NCBI GenBank assembly: GCA_045594025.1
Contig: JAZNXS010000030.1
Span: 3,230-67,229 of the forward strand
Reading direction: 5' to 3'
DNA from: Candidatus Scatosoma sp.
Lineage (GTDB): Bacteria > Bacillota > Clostridia > Christensenellales > Borkfalkiaceae
Length of the DNA: 64,000 nucleotides
The notes beneath the pieces are model-generated. The model was not told the origin of the DNA. It worked only from the letters and a program-made list of their open reading frames with translations, and made no database searches. Numbering within the stretch: the stretch's first letter is position 1; each line of letters opens with the position of its first letter. The translations under genes and the position numbers were made by a program. Shown here in pieces: positions 46,950-55,552 of the stretch.

Positions 46950-49034
46950 TTATTTGGATCCTGCGTTCGACGGCTCGTTCGCCTCTCGTTTAATAACGGA
47001 ATAATCAATCCTATCTAACGCTTCGCACATGCCGTCGATGACCATATAATCATAACGGTATATCGATGCCAGCGTATTCATATCCGTAGAGCCAACCTTC
47101 TTTTCGCCCTTTTCAGCCGCTTCTTGTAACACTTTTTGCTTATGCTTAAGCAGCTTGTCAAGCCCAGCATACGTCGTCAGGCAGGCATGGCGGAATTTTG
47201 CTCCGTTCTTGTGCTGTAACACGTCCTTACCCTTTTCGTTACGCGTCCAAATAAATTCCTTAAACGGTAAGGGCTTATATCCGGATAACAAGTAGTAGGC
47301 ATTCCAACGGGAATGTTCGATAAACGCCAACACGTTAGCCGCCTGCGTCCCAAAGAAGTAGTTGTAATCCTCCCCTTTGCTATCCATAAAGACGCCGGGG
47401 CAGTGCTTTTCGATTTCCGCTTTCGTAAGTCCTTCCCCTTTACCCTTCTTTAATTCTAAGCCCATAAGATGCAGCTTGAAATAGAGGTTCAGCGCCGCGT
47501 TAATGTTAGAATATTGCTCCACCACGGGCAGCTTTTGCCAGTCGCGTAACTGCGCCCATTTATCTTTCGTGTAATCGTTATATAAGTCGTTTACGTTTTG
47601 AGAGAGCACCATTAAGTCATTGTTAACAATGTTTTCATGCAAGTAACACTCTGCATTCTCCCCGAAATAAACAATGTTTTTCTCGTCTTTGTTCAATAAA
47701 CGACTTTCCTTTCCCTTCGAGCGAACGAAAATCTTGTAATTTTGCTCGTCCTCCAAGTATTTTTTAAGATCGTGCGCGAAATCAGCGTCTTGATAATCGT
47801 CGGATATGGACACGATGAAATACGTATACGTATCTTTGTTGACCAGCGCGCGAATCTGTTTACGCGTCTCCGCAGAATGCGCGTCCATCGGTAAGCTTTC
47901 CTTTAAATCGCAAATCTTTTCCGCTGCGGGTAAATCGGAATTTTTAAAAATCTCGTCGTACTCGTTAATCAGCTTGATAAAATGCTCGTTATTGAAGCGT
48001 TCGCTGTTGTTTTCAAAGGTATAATAATGCACGGGCGCGGCATATAACTGATCCCCTTTTTGCTTTGCAAATTGGAAATTCGTCGCCATCAGTTTGAACA
48101 GCTCATAATTGACTTTTCCAAACCCCAAAAAGACAACGTTGACTTCCTTTTCATCTTTCAACGTTAAGTTCTCGTTGAAAAAGCTACGGGGCATGTACTT
48201 GGTGATGGGGTGTTCCATGATAAAACGGCGCGCCATCAGCTCGTAACGGCAGAACGGCAATACGAACGTATTTGCTTGCTCGGAAACGTCCGAAAGATAC
48301 TTTTCACGCACCATTCCCAGCTCATTTACATTGGCTTCCAAATGTAAAAATAATCGCTTATCCCTCTTTTCCTTCAGTTTCTCAAAACACGATAAAATGG
48401 AAAAGTAGGAATAGCTTGTATCGCGGAATACAATCAAATGATACTCTGCGCCCTTTAAACACTTAGAAACGGTTTTTTCGTTCAATGGCGCTTTATGTAC
48501 GGCATGTTGCTGTTTAATCAAGCTCAAATACGTCTCTTTGTCGATTTCTTCCACCCAAAGCACAGCGCCTTTATGGGCTTCTAAGTATTTCAAAGAGCTG
48601 GGCGACAGTCCGATTACGATGTCGCCGCCCATCATGAAGCTTTTGCGTTTCTTTAAGCCGTTTGTGATTGCCACGCCAAAGAAAACGAAAACGCCGAAGA
48701 TAACGGTGATAAACGAGAGAATGCACGCCCCGATCATCGCTGCATGAAACCAAGGATTCGCTTGACTTAAAGCAAGCACCAACGAATCATTTAATTCCAT
48801 GGATACCATGGATAACGTTTCATGAATGAGTAAAAATAACGTATAGAACGTAATCTTCTCGCCGTTATAAACGGTCGCCATCGTATACAGCGCGTACACC
48901 ACAACAAAGGCGGGCAGCGCATAAATCAAGCTTTTTTTGTCGATCACCGCCCTCTTTTTGATAATCAAATACCCCAAAAACCCGATTAACGCTATTTCTA
49001 TACATAAAAACAATATGCTTAATTCCGTATACAT
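46950..49034 (-). CDS. Polytopic membrane protein with Rossmann-like modules and a C-terminal RyR-like segment (third gene of the TIR operon)
   Basis: 694-aa ORF with an SD GGAGAA. Four to five N-terminal hydrophobic helices span aa ~5-125. Rossmann-like strand-loop starts are DIVIGLSPSS and VNVVFLGFGKVNYEL. The C-terminal IEHSRWNAYYLLSGY...FRHACLTTYAGLDKL resembles the bacterial RyR-domain pattern. Confidence 0.6.
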   Translation of the reverse strand: MYTELSILFLCIEIALIGFLGYLIIKKRAVIDKKSLIYALPAFVVVYALYTMATVYNGEKITFYTLFLLIHETLSMVSMELNDSLVLALSQANPWFHAAMIGACILSFITVIFGVFVFFGVAITNGLKKRKSFMMGGDIVIGLSPSSLKYLEAHKGAVLWVEEIDKETYLSLIKQQHAVHKAPLNEKTVSKCLKGAEYHLIVFRDTSYSYFSILSCFEKLKEKRDKRLFLHLEANVNELGMVREKYLSDVSEQANTFVLPFCRYELMARRFIMEHPITKYMPRSFFNENLTLKDEKEVNVVFLGFGKVNYELFKLMATNFQFAKQKGDQLYAAPVHYYTFENNSERFNNEHFIKLINEYDEIFKNSDLPAAEKICDLKESLPMDAHSAETRKQIRALVNKDTYTYFIVSISDDYQDADFAHDLKKYLEDEQNYKIFVRSKGKESRLLNKDEKNIVYFGENAECYLHENIVNNDLMVLSQNVNDLYNDYTKDKWAQLRDWQKLPVVEQYSNINAALNLYFKLHLMGLELKKGKGEGLTKAEIEKHCPGVFMDSKGEDYNYFFGTQAANVLAFIEHSRWNAYYLLSGYKPLPFKEFIWTRNEKGKDVLQHKNGAKFRHACLTTYAGLDKLLKHKQKVLQEAAEKGEKKVGSTDMNTLASIYRYDYMVIDGMCEALDRIDYSVIKREANEPSNAGSK

Positions 49035-49085
49035 CTCTTTCTCCGCGGCCGTCCATAATCCTATACGGTTATGACGCCGATTCTT

Positions 49086-52031
49086 TTATAATTGATCGAT
49101 GATATGTTTAAACTCAAAATTATTCTCTATCATTCTTTCAAACAGCTCGATACCGATTTGCGTCTTCATTTCGTTTTTCTTGCTCTTCCACTGAGACGCT
49201 TCTTCCTGTGTGAACGTGTATTTTGCGGAAGCATAATACTCGAAGAAGGTATATACCGTCTGCAAAACATTGACGTCGTGCGCAATTTTCGCATTGATAT
49301 TGTTGCTGTTATAGTATCCCGTCCAAACGTTATAATAATACGTGAGGTTGGCAATATTCGGATACGTGCCTTTTAAGAAGAGCTTTCTCATAAAATGATT
49401 TTGCTCGGCAGGATCCATATCCTCAGAGACCATTTTCGCCCCCTGGCTTCTGTTTTGAACCTGCGCCATGTCATGAATCAACAGCATATCCAAAATTTCT
49501 TTTTTGTTATAGCCTTCCGCCGCCATTTCTTCCGGCAGGAAGAGCATCGCCAAGAGCCAAGAGCTAAACATGTGCTCTGAAACGCTTTCCGGTACGTCTA
49601 CCGTATCAATCCATTGCGTCCGTTTAATCTGCCTTAAAACGTTGCACTGATTGTACAGCATCGGGCCGATGTCAAGCCCTCCGTCAGCAAGGAAACGTAA
49701 GAAGTCCTCTTTGACGCTCTCGAAATAATAAAGAATTTTAGAGGATACGATATTGTGCGGCTTTTGTTGATACGTTTCCAAATAACGCACTGCATTTTTG
49801 ACGTAGGTTTGAATGTCAAAGTTAGGCTTTATCACCTTACTTTGAATACGGGTTTGCAATAAGGTAAGCAACGTAACTAGATTGTTCTCTACAAACTTAT
49901 CCCTATTGTTCTCCAACGACGCTTCCACTCTGGCCTCCAACGCCTTGATTGCGCCCTCGCCAAAATTCGGGTTCGTGTCCAGATAGTAGGTGTTATGCGC
50001 CCCCATTTGGTACTGTTCGCTGTAATATTCCACCGTTGCGCCACGGTTTACGGCGTTTGCAATATCGTTGGTGATGACAATACACAAGTATTCGTCCATC
50101 ATGTTGGCTTGGCCGTGGAATAACATACCCGTACAAACCGCGCGGAACAATAAATGCTTATCTAAATTATCCTGCGTGTTCTTGTTGTTGGTTTTCACCG
50201 CAGACTTTAACTTTGTAAACTCCCCTGTTAAGAAGGAAAGGGCATAGTTGACCATCTCCTTGCTGTAATTGATTCTACCAAGCCAAAAGGCTGCGTTCGC
50301 TTTTTGACGAACGTCAAACACCTCATATTTATCGTCGATAAAGGCGATGAATTTCTCCTGCAATTCATAGTTATCTTGTAACATTGCCACTACAAACTGG
50401 TTTGCCGTCGCCGTCAGCATAACTTTGAAGAAATCATAGTTATTCAACGTCTTATAATTTTCGATTTGATAAACGAAATAATACGCAATCAAATACCCTA
50501 AGTAAGTATGATGTTTGTTGGGGAAAGACCACACTTTGCCATCGTAAGCATTATCGATACAGCCGTCACCGCCGCTAAATAAATATTCAAACAGCGTTTT
50601 GGATACCTGCAATAGTCTTTCTTCTTCCAAATATTCCGTCAAAACGAACTTTTCATACATGTCGCTGAGGCAAATATCCGTATCGTAGCTGGTGGCAATT
50701 TCCCTTGCAATGAGCCTGATTAAGAATATATCCACAGAGGGATATTTTAACTTCTTTAACAGGTCGTACACCGTCTCGCAAGCCGCGCTTTCCCCATACA
50801 TTTTTAACACGCTGCGAATCACTTTCGTGATTTTTTGTTTTTGTTCGATAGGGATAGAATGGAATAATAATAAATATCCGCCGCGCATTTCCCCCGCGAT
50901 AGGAATTACCTTCTTTAAGCGTATGCGGTTTTGAATCAAACCCGTATCGATCGCCACTGCTCTATTGTAGCGTTCGAAGGGCTTAAACAGCATATAAATG
51001 ATTTTTTCGGGACTCAGACGGGTAACAACGTACTCTCTTACCCCTTCCAGCAAAAGAACGGGTTTTACTTCTTTGTTTTGCTTAACGTACTGGAAAAATT
51101 CCGCCGTGTCCTCCGAAATCAATTCCTGCATTTCGGATTCCGCATCGTTATAATCAAACTTTTCATAATACCCGATGGACAGGTATATCGGTAAAACGTC
51201 GCTTTCGTTTTTCTCGAAGCGATCCAGCATTTTAAAAAACGCCAGCTGTAATAACATGTTTTTCGCGCTGCCGGGCAACCCCTGCACACGGACGATATTA
51301 TGCTCTTTTGCCGATAAAGCGTCTACCAATAAACGGACGTAATCCGTATCTTGCGAAAGCAGTTCATCCTTGTTATAACCACTCACCGTTTCCGAGAATA
51401 ACACGTTGGCTTCTTTTACAAAGCTATTATACGACTCCTCGCCGTCTACGCGGTCGAATAAGCTGTACGCAAATTTCGAGGAAAGCATCTTCAGTTTCCA
51501 TACGATTGCCTTTCTCGTTAGATTATCTTCTATAACCGCCTTTGCCTTGACGGAAGCCTCTTCTGTCTTTTTTATAATGGGTCTGGGAATGCTCCGCAGC
51601 GTATCTGCGCGCGGAATTTCTTTGCCCTTTGCACCCAGAATGCTCATAATGGTCGAGCGCAGTTTTTCCAGCCCTTCTGCAAAATCGTGATACGCGTCAA
51701 TCCAGTGCTTTCTTCCTAAGTAATACAAAAAGCCGTTGGAAAATTTCACGTTTTCGATTTTGAACGCGATGATGGGTTTTTCGCAATCGAACGCGATTGC
51801 CAGCTCGTTGCTGACGTGGTTAGATTCGTTGGTGTCTTCGGAAGCAACCAACACGAACGCATCGCAATTTTTAATTCCTTCCACAATTTCTGTAGGATAA
51901 TCCTTTCCGGGAGAAATACTGTACGGCGCCATCCAACACCCGATTCCGCTTCTTTGCAGAAATTGATATACGGCGTCTGCGCTTTCTATGTTGTTAGAAG
52001 TATAGCTGATAAAAATCGAATTTGCGTTCAT
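49086..52031 (-). CDS. TIR domain - degenerate P-loop (STAND/NACHT-like) - HD phosphohydrolase fusion protein
   Basis: The start is ATG 52031, with an SD AGGAG 9 nt upstream. GTG 52064 is the long-ORF alternative. TIR-like N-terminus: SIFISY, GCWMAP, CDAFVLVASEDTNESNHVSNELAIA. Central region: VRVQGLPGSAKN and KPVLLLEGVRE. C-terminal HD motif: ESVSEHMFSSWLLA...LLIHDMAQV. Confidence 0.7.
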   Translation of the reverse strand: MNANSIFISYTSNNIESADAVYQFLQRSGIGCWMAPYSISPGKDYPTEIVEGIKNCDAFVLVASEDTNESNHVSNELAIAFDCEKPIIAFKIENVKFSNGFLYYLGRKHWIDAYHDFAEGLEKLRSTIMSILGAKGKEIPRADTLRSIPRPIIKKTEEASVKAKAVIEDNLTRKAIVWKLKMLSSKFAYSLFDRVDGEESYNSFVKEANVLFSETVSGYNKDELLSQDTDYVRLLVDALSAKEHNIVRVQGLPGSAKNMLLQLAFFKMLDRFEKNESDVLPIYLSIGYYEKFDYNDAESEMQELISEDTAEFFQYVKQNKEVKPVLLLEGVREYVVTRLSPEKIIYMLFKPFERYNRAVAIDTGLIQNRIRLKKVIPIAGEMRGGYLLLFHSIPIEQKQKITKVIRSVLKMYGESAACETVYDLLKKLKYPSVDIFLIRLIAREIATSYDTDICLSDMYEKFVLTEYLEEERLLQVSKTLFEYLFSGGDGCIDNAYDGKVWSFPNKHHTYLGYLIAYYFVYQIENYKTLNNYDFFKVMLTATANQFVVAMLQDNYELQEKFIAFIDDKYEVFDVRQKANAAFWLGRINYSKEMVNYALSFLTGEFTKLKSAVKTNNKNTQDNLDKHLLFRAVCTGMLFHGQANMMDEYLCIVITNDIANAVNRGATVEYYSEQYQMGAHNTYYLDTNPNFGEGAIKALEARVEASLENNRDKFVENNLVTLLTLLQTRIQSKVIKPNFDIQTYVKNAVRYLETYQQKPHNIVSSKILYYFESVKEDFLRFLADGGLDIGPMLYNQCNVLRQIKRTQWIDTVDVPESVSEHMFSSWLLAMLFLPEEMAAEGYNKKEILDMLLIHDMAQVQNRSQGAKMVSEDMDPAEQNHFMRKLFLKGTYPNIANLTYYYNVWTGYYNSNNINAKIAHDVNVLQTVYTFFEYYASAKYTFTQEEASQWKSKKNEMKTQIGIELFERMIENNFEFKHIIDQL

Positions 52032-52067
52032 CTCATTTTTCTCCTGTGTAACCTGTCTTGTCACGCT

Positions 52068-53375
52068 TTAAAACCAAACGGTATACATAACGTACCCGGC
52101 GTTAAAAATAAACTCTTCGCCGAAAAAAGCCTCTTCCAAATCGTCGTAATATTCATCCACCCAAGCCAAAACTTCTTTTGCCGTTTCGTCGTTGGGATCT
52201 TCTTTCAGCATCAAGCCGAAATCGTTGGGGATAAAAGCGAACCAAGACTCGAATAACAAGCGCTTCGCTTCATAATCCATACCCGTCGAGTTGATCCCGC
52301 AACGCTCTAAGCGGATATCCTTCGCACCAAGCTTTTTCATGTAGCTGTAAATTTGTCTGCCCGATTTACGGAATCCGCCCAGCTTATTAAACTTGTAGAA
52401 AGACTGAAATTCTTTAAACAGATTGTTTTCATCAGGGTAAGCGAACACCAACGTGTCATCCACGTCGCGAATGAACGCTACTGCATTCGGGTTCATATAT
52501 TTCTTGATTTTTTTCAAAACTTTGAACGGAGATTCCAAATCCAAAATTGTCATAGTAAGATTGAGGAAATCAAAGCCCTTAATACCGCGCTCTTGCATGA
52601 CCCTCGGTAATACTTCGTCAATTTTATCCTTGGTTAAATCCATCAGATAAAACCGCATGTTGTCATGCTCTTCACAGAGTTTATTTCCCTCTTCAATCAT
52701 CTGTTGATCATAGGAGAAATATACGGCTTTGCCCACTTCCTTACGATCGAATCTTCTTATGGTAGAATCTGCGCTAAGCACATTAAAATCCAAAACGGCT
52801 ACGTTCTCGCGGCCCAAAAGCAGCTTATCGTAATACGGCTTTTCATAGCTATACAACAGCTCTTCTTCGTTGTGGATTCTTTCACATTCTACTGCGTCTT
52901 CGGGCATGTAGTATTGATTAACCTTTCTTTCCACTTCCACCTTTTCATTCTTCTCGTAGCGCTCTGTTTTCTCAATACCTAAAATAGGCACCAGCTGTTC
53001 GTAAAGGTGGTAAATACTCTGTTCCAAAGGCTCGCTTACGGCGTCGATCCAATGCAGACGCTTTACGTAATATTCCATGGCTTTGGAAAGAATTCCTTCG
53101 TCCACTTTGAACGGGATAATGGTGATTTCACCGTTTAAAATACGCTTGTACGCCATTTCCACTTCATTTAATACGTGCGGAGATTCCGACGAGTTGTGAT
53201 TGAGAATCAAAACGAAAACTTTGCATTTTTCAATCGCTTCCACGATAGACGTGGCGTAGTCGCCGTAAACGTCCCGAGGCGCATACCAACAACGCACCCC
53301 TCTCGTCTCTAATACAGAACAGATATTATCCGCGATCGATTTCGATTCGTGCTCGTAACTGATGAAAACGTCCAT
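52068..53375 (-). CDS. TIR domain - methyltransferase-fold-like fusion protein
   Basis: 435 aa with an SD AGGGAGA. TIR-like aa 1-135: VFISYEH, VRCWYAPRD, CKVFVLILNHNSSESPHVLNEVEMA. The C-terminal half resembles a class I methyltransferase fold with a degenerate SAM loop: VAVLDFNVLSADS and FDFLNLTMTILDLESPFKVLKKIKKYMNPNAVAFI. Confidence 0.65.
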   Translation of the reverse strand: MDVFISYEHESKSIADNICSVLETRGVRCWYAPRDVYGDYATSIVEAIEKCKVFVLILNHNSSESPHVLNEVEMAYKRILNGEITIIPFKVDEGILSKAMEYYVKRLHWIDAVSEPLEQSIYHLYEQLVPILGIEKTERYEKNEKVEVERKVNQYYMPEDAVECERIHNEEELLYSYEKPYYDKLLLGRENVAVLDFNVLSADSTIRRFDRKEVGKAVYFSYDQQMIEEGNKLCEEHDNMRFYLMDLTKDKIDEVLPRVMQERGIKGFDFLNLTMTILDLESPFKVLKKIKKYMNPNAVAFIRDVDDTLVFAYPDENNLFKEFQSFYKFNKLGGFRKSGRQIYSYMKKLGAKDIRLERCGINSTGMDYEAKRLLFESWFAFIPNDFGLMLKEDPNDETAKEVLAWVDEYYDDLEEAFFGEEFIFNAGYVMYTVWF

Positions 53376-53415
53376 ATAATTTCTCCCTTGTCTTTTGTTA
53401 ATTTTGATTTGGTTA

Positions 53416-54039
53416 TTATGCTTTCGTTCCGCGGCGTATCATGCGGTAGCAAGGAACGTCCGTAAAACCTAAATATTCGGTGGTAATTTCAAAACCCACC
53501 GCTTCGTACGTTTTCAACGCCGCCACGTTATCCTTCACCGATTCGAGGTGGTAGGTCTTGTGAGGCGCGGCTTTTACGTATTCCGCCATCATTTTCTTTC
53601 CAATTCCCAAACCGCGATAACGACTATCTACGCAGACGTTAGCAATATAGACCCCATCGGGCTCGTCCTCAAACAGCTTGTAGTATTCGTTAAACGTTTT
53701 CGTGAACCGATCGCCAACCGCTTCGTTTGCATCGAGAAAACAACGCACCATAGCGCCCAAATCAACGGAGATTGGCGTTTCTTGCGCCACGATAATTCCC
53801 ACAATATTTTCACCGAGCGTTGCAACCGTGATATTGCGATAATTGTAGATCGTATCACTGTGAATCATGTTAATGATTACGGGGATTCCCCTTTCAATAT
53901 CGTTATCGTAAAGATATGGGAACACGTAATCGTCCGTATAATAAATCAGCCGCGCCACTTGCATAAGATCGTCGCTAAGCGATAGCGGCCGCAAAATCAA
54001 ATCTTGCTCCATATTCTCTCTCCTTGGCTTATTTTCCAT
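53416..54039 (-). CDS. GNAT-family N-acetyltransferase
   Basis: Acetyl-CoA motif A YRGLGIGKKMM. 207 aa. Confidence 0.8.
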   Translation of the reverse strand: MENKPRRENMEQDLILRPLSLSDDLMQVARLIYYTDDYVFPYLYDNDIERGIPVIINMIHSDTIYNYRNITVATLGENIVGIIVAQETPISVDLGAMVRCFLDANEAVGDRFTKTFNEYYKLFEDEPDGVYIANVCVDSRYRGLGIGKKMMAEYVKAAPHKTYHLESVKDNVAALKTYEAVGFEITTEYLGFTDVPCYRMIRRGTKA

Positions 54040-54535
54040 ACACTTCCCGATAAATTTCTTTTACTGCTTTTTCCGCGTTCTCTAAAACGCACGGACAACT
54101 CATTAAAATCAAGCGCACCTCGTTGCCGTTCTCTCTGTACGAAGGCTGCATATACGGATATTCGTTCGCTACAAAACCCTGTCTTTGATAAAAAGCAAAG
54201 CGACGCACCGCCATAGGCTCTTGAGGAGGTTCTACCTCCAAGACGATTTGTCCGTAGCGTTGTTTAACAACCCCCAAAGCCGTCCCACCAAGCCCCTTAT
54301 TACGGTGCTCGGCGTAGATGACAAAATGCTCCACAAATGCAAACCCGTCAAATGCCCAAATCGCAATAAAGCCCACGTTTTCGCCATCTTTTTGAAGATG
54401 GTATAAATGATATTTCTCGTGGTCGTAAACCTTTTCGGCTTGCGGAAAGTCTCTTATTTCGTCTAAACAGAAATTTTGCTGCATTTGCACGTAAATTTGT
54501 GCCAAATCCGCTTTTTTCGACAAAACAAGTTGCAT
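54029..54535 (-). CDS. GNAT-family N-acetyltransferase
   Basis: Motif A HRNKGLGGTAL. 168 aa. It overlaps the downstream GNAT gene by 11 nt. Confidence 0.8.
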   Translation of the reverse strand: MQLVLSKKADLAQIYVQMQQNFCLDEIRDFPQAEKVYDHEKYHLYHLQKDGENVGFIAIWAFDGFAFVEHFVIYAEHRNKGLGGTALGVVKQRYGQIVLEVEPPQEPMAVRRFAFYQRQGFVANEYPYMQPSYRENGNEVRLILMSCPCVLENAEKAVKEIYREVYGK

Positions 54536-54659
54536 ACTACTCTCCTTTTTTACATCTTAGCCCTATGCGCGAAGCGCATTATACGTATATTTTAACTGAA
54601 ATGACCGAAAAAGTCAATAGTTTCATGATTATAAGTATAGTTTCACGGAAAATCTAATG

Positions 54660-54688
54660 TAAAAAGCACCCACAAAGGGTGCTTTTTG
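54660..54688 (-). terminator. Bidirectional rho-independent terminator after the ASCH gene
   Basis: AAAAAGCACCC acaa AGGGTGCTTTTT. Confidence 0.75.
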
Positions 54689-54690
54689 CT

Positions 54691-54701
54691 TTGGAGCAGG
54701 T
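54691..54701 (-). repeat. 11-nt direct repeat of the tRNA-Gly 3' end (att-like scar)
   Basis: ttggagcaggt at 54691-54701 is identical to 55779-55789, which covers the CCA end and the 3' acceptor stem of the tRNA. Confidence 0.5.
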
Positions 54702-54786
54702 AATAAAAGTTATATCATGTATAAAACCACGAGAATACTGCCCTCTATTTATTTCTTTTCTCATTAAGTAACTCTCTTACAGTGAT

Positions 54787-55131
54787 TTATTTAAGCCTGA
54801 TTTCAATTCCGACAACACCATAGCATTTTTGCTTTTCCAACGAATAATATGCTTCCATATCTTTGGCAGAGGATGTAGCAATTTCTTCGGGTAAGTAACC
54901 ACATTTATCTAATGGTAATATTTGATACAGTTCTTCAAAATTTGCAAAAATATGTAGTTTCTCAACCACGCAAGAAATTGTAGAATTCGCATCTTTGGTG
55001 TTTGTAAAAATCAATGTGTCACCGATTGAAATTAATTGCCTTTTTTCATCAAACAACCGTAGCTCTATGGTCTTATTACCGTTTGCTATCATTGAAAACG
55101 GTTGTGGGTGAAGCTTCATATAATGTGTCAT
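54787..55131 (-). CDS. ASCH domain protein
   Basis: 114 aa. The N-terminal pattern MKLHPQPFSMIANGNKTIELRLFDEKRQLISIGDTLIF is typical of ASCH. Confidence 0.7.
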   Translation of the reverse strand: MTHYMKLHPQPFSMIANGNKTIELRLFDEKRQLISIGDTLIFTNTKDANSTISCVVEKLHIFANFEELYQILPLDKCGYLPEEIATSSAKDMEAYYSLEKQKCYGVVGIEIRLK

Positions 55132-55133
55132 TG

Positions 55134-55481
55134 TTATTTAGATTCCTTTTTCAGCGTTTTACAACTAGCAATTAGCATTCGTCTAATTCGACCGCAAAGA
55201 TTGCGATAGGTTTTAAAAGTTTCTTCGTCTATGGCGTTAGTGTTAAATAACAGTTTGAGCCAACCTTCGGTTTCGTTACATTCTTTGAGTGCTATTTCAA
55301 ATTTCGATATCATATCTGATTTGCTTTGCCCGTAATTTGCTTCGCGTATATTTGCATAAATACTGCTTGAACTTTTCCGTATTTGGAATATAGTGTTTGA
55401 AGAAGCTTTTATATTCTGACAAAGCAATTCGATTTCAGACGCAAGTTGCTCGGAGTATATCAACAAGTAATTCTTTGGCAT
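55134..55481 (-). CDS. Four-helix-bundle protein (23S rRNA intervening-sequence protein family-like)
   Basis: 115 aa. IRKSSSSIYANIREANYGQSKSDMISKFEIALKECNETEGWLKLL matches the family pattern by eye. Confidence 0.65.
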   Translation of the reverse strand: MPKNYLLIYSEQLASEIELLCQNIKASSNTIFQIRKSSSSIYANIREANYGQSKSDMISKFEIALKECNETEGWLKLLFNTNAIDEETFKTYRNLCGRIRRMLIASCKTLKKESK

Positions 55482-55552
55482 AATATCACCTCTTTATTTC
55501 ATTATACCATAACTACATAAATAAAACAAGAGCTTTTCCCATTTCTGCGTCC

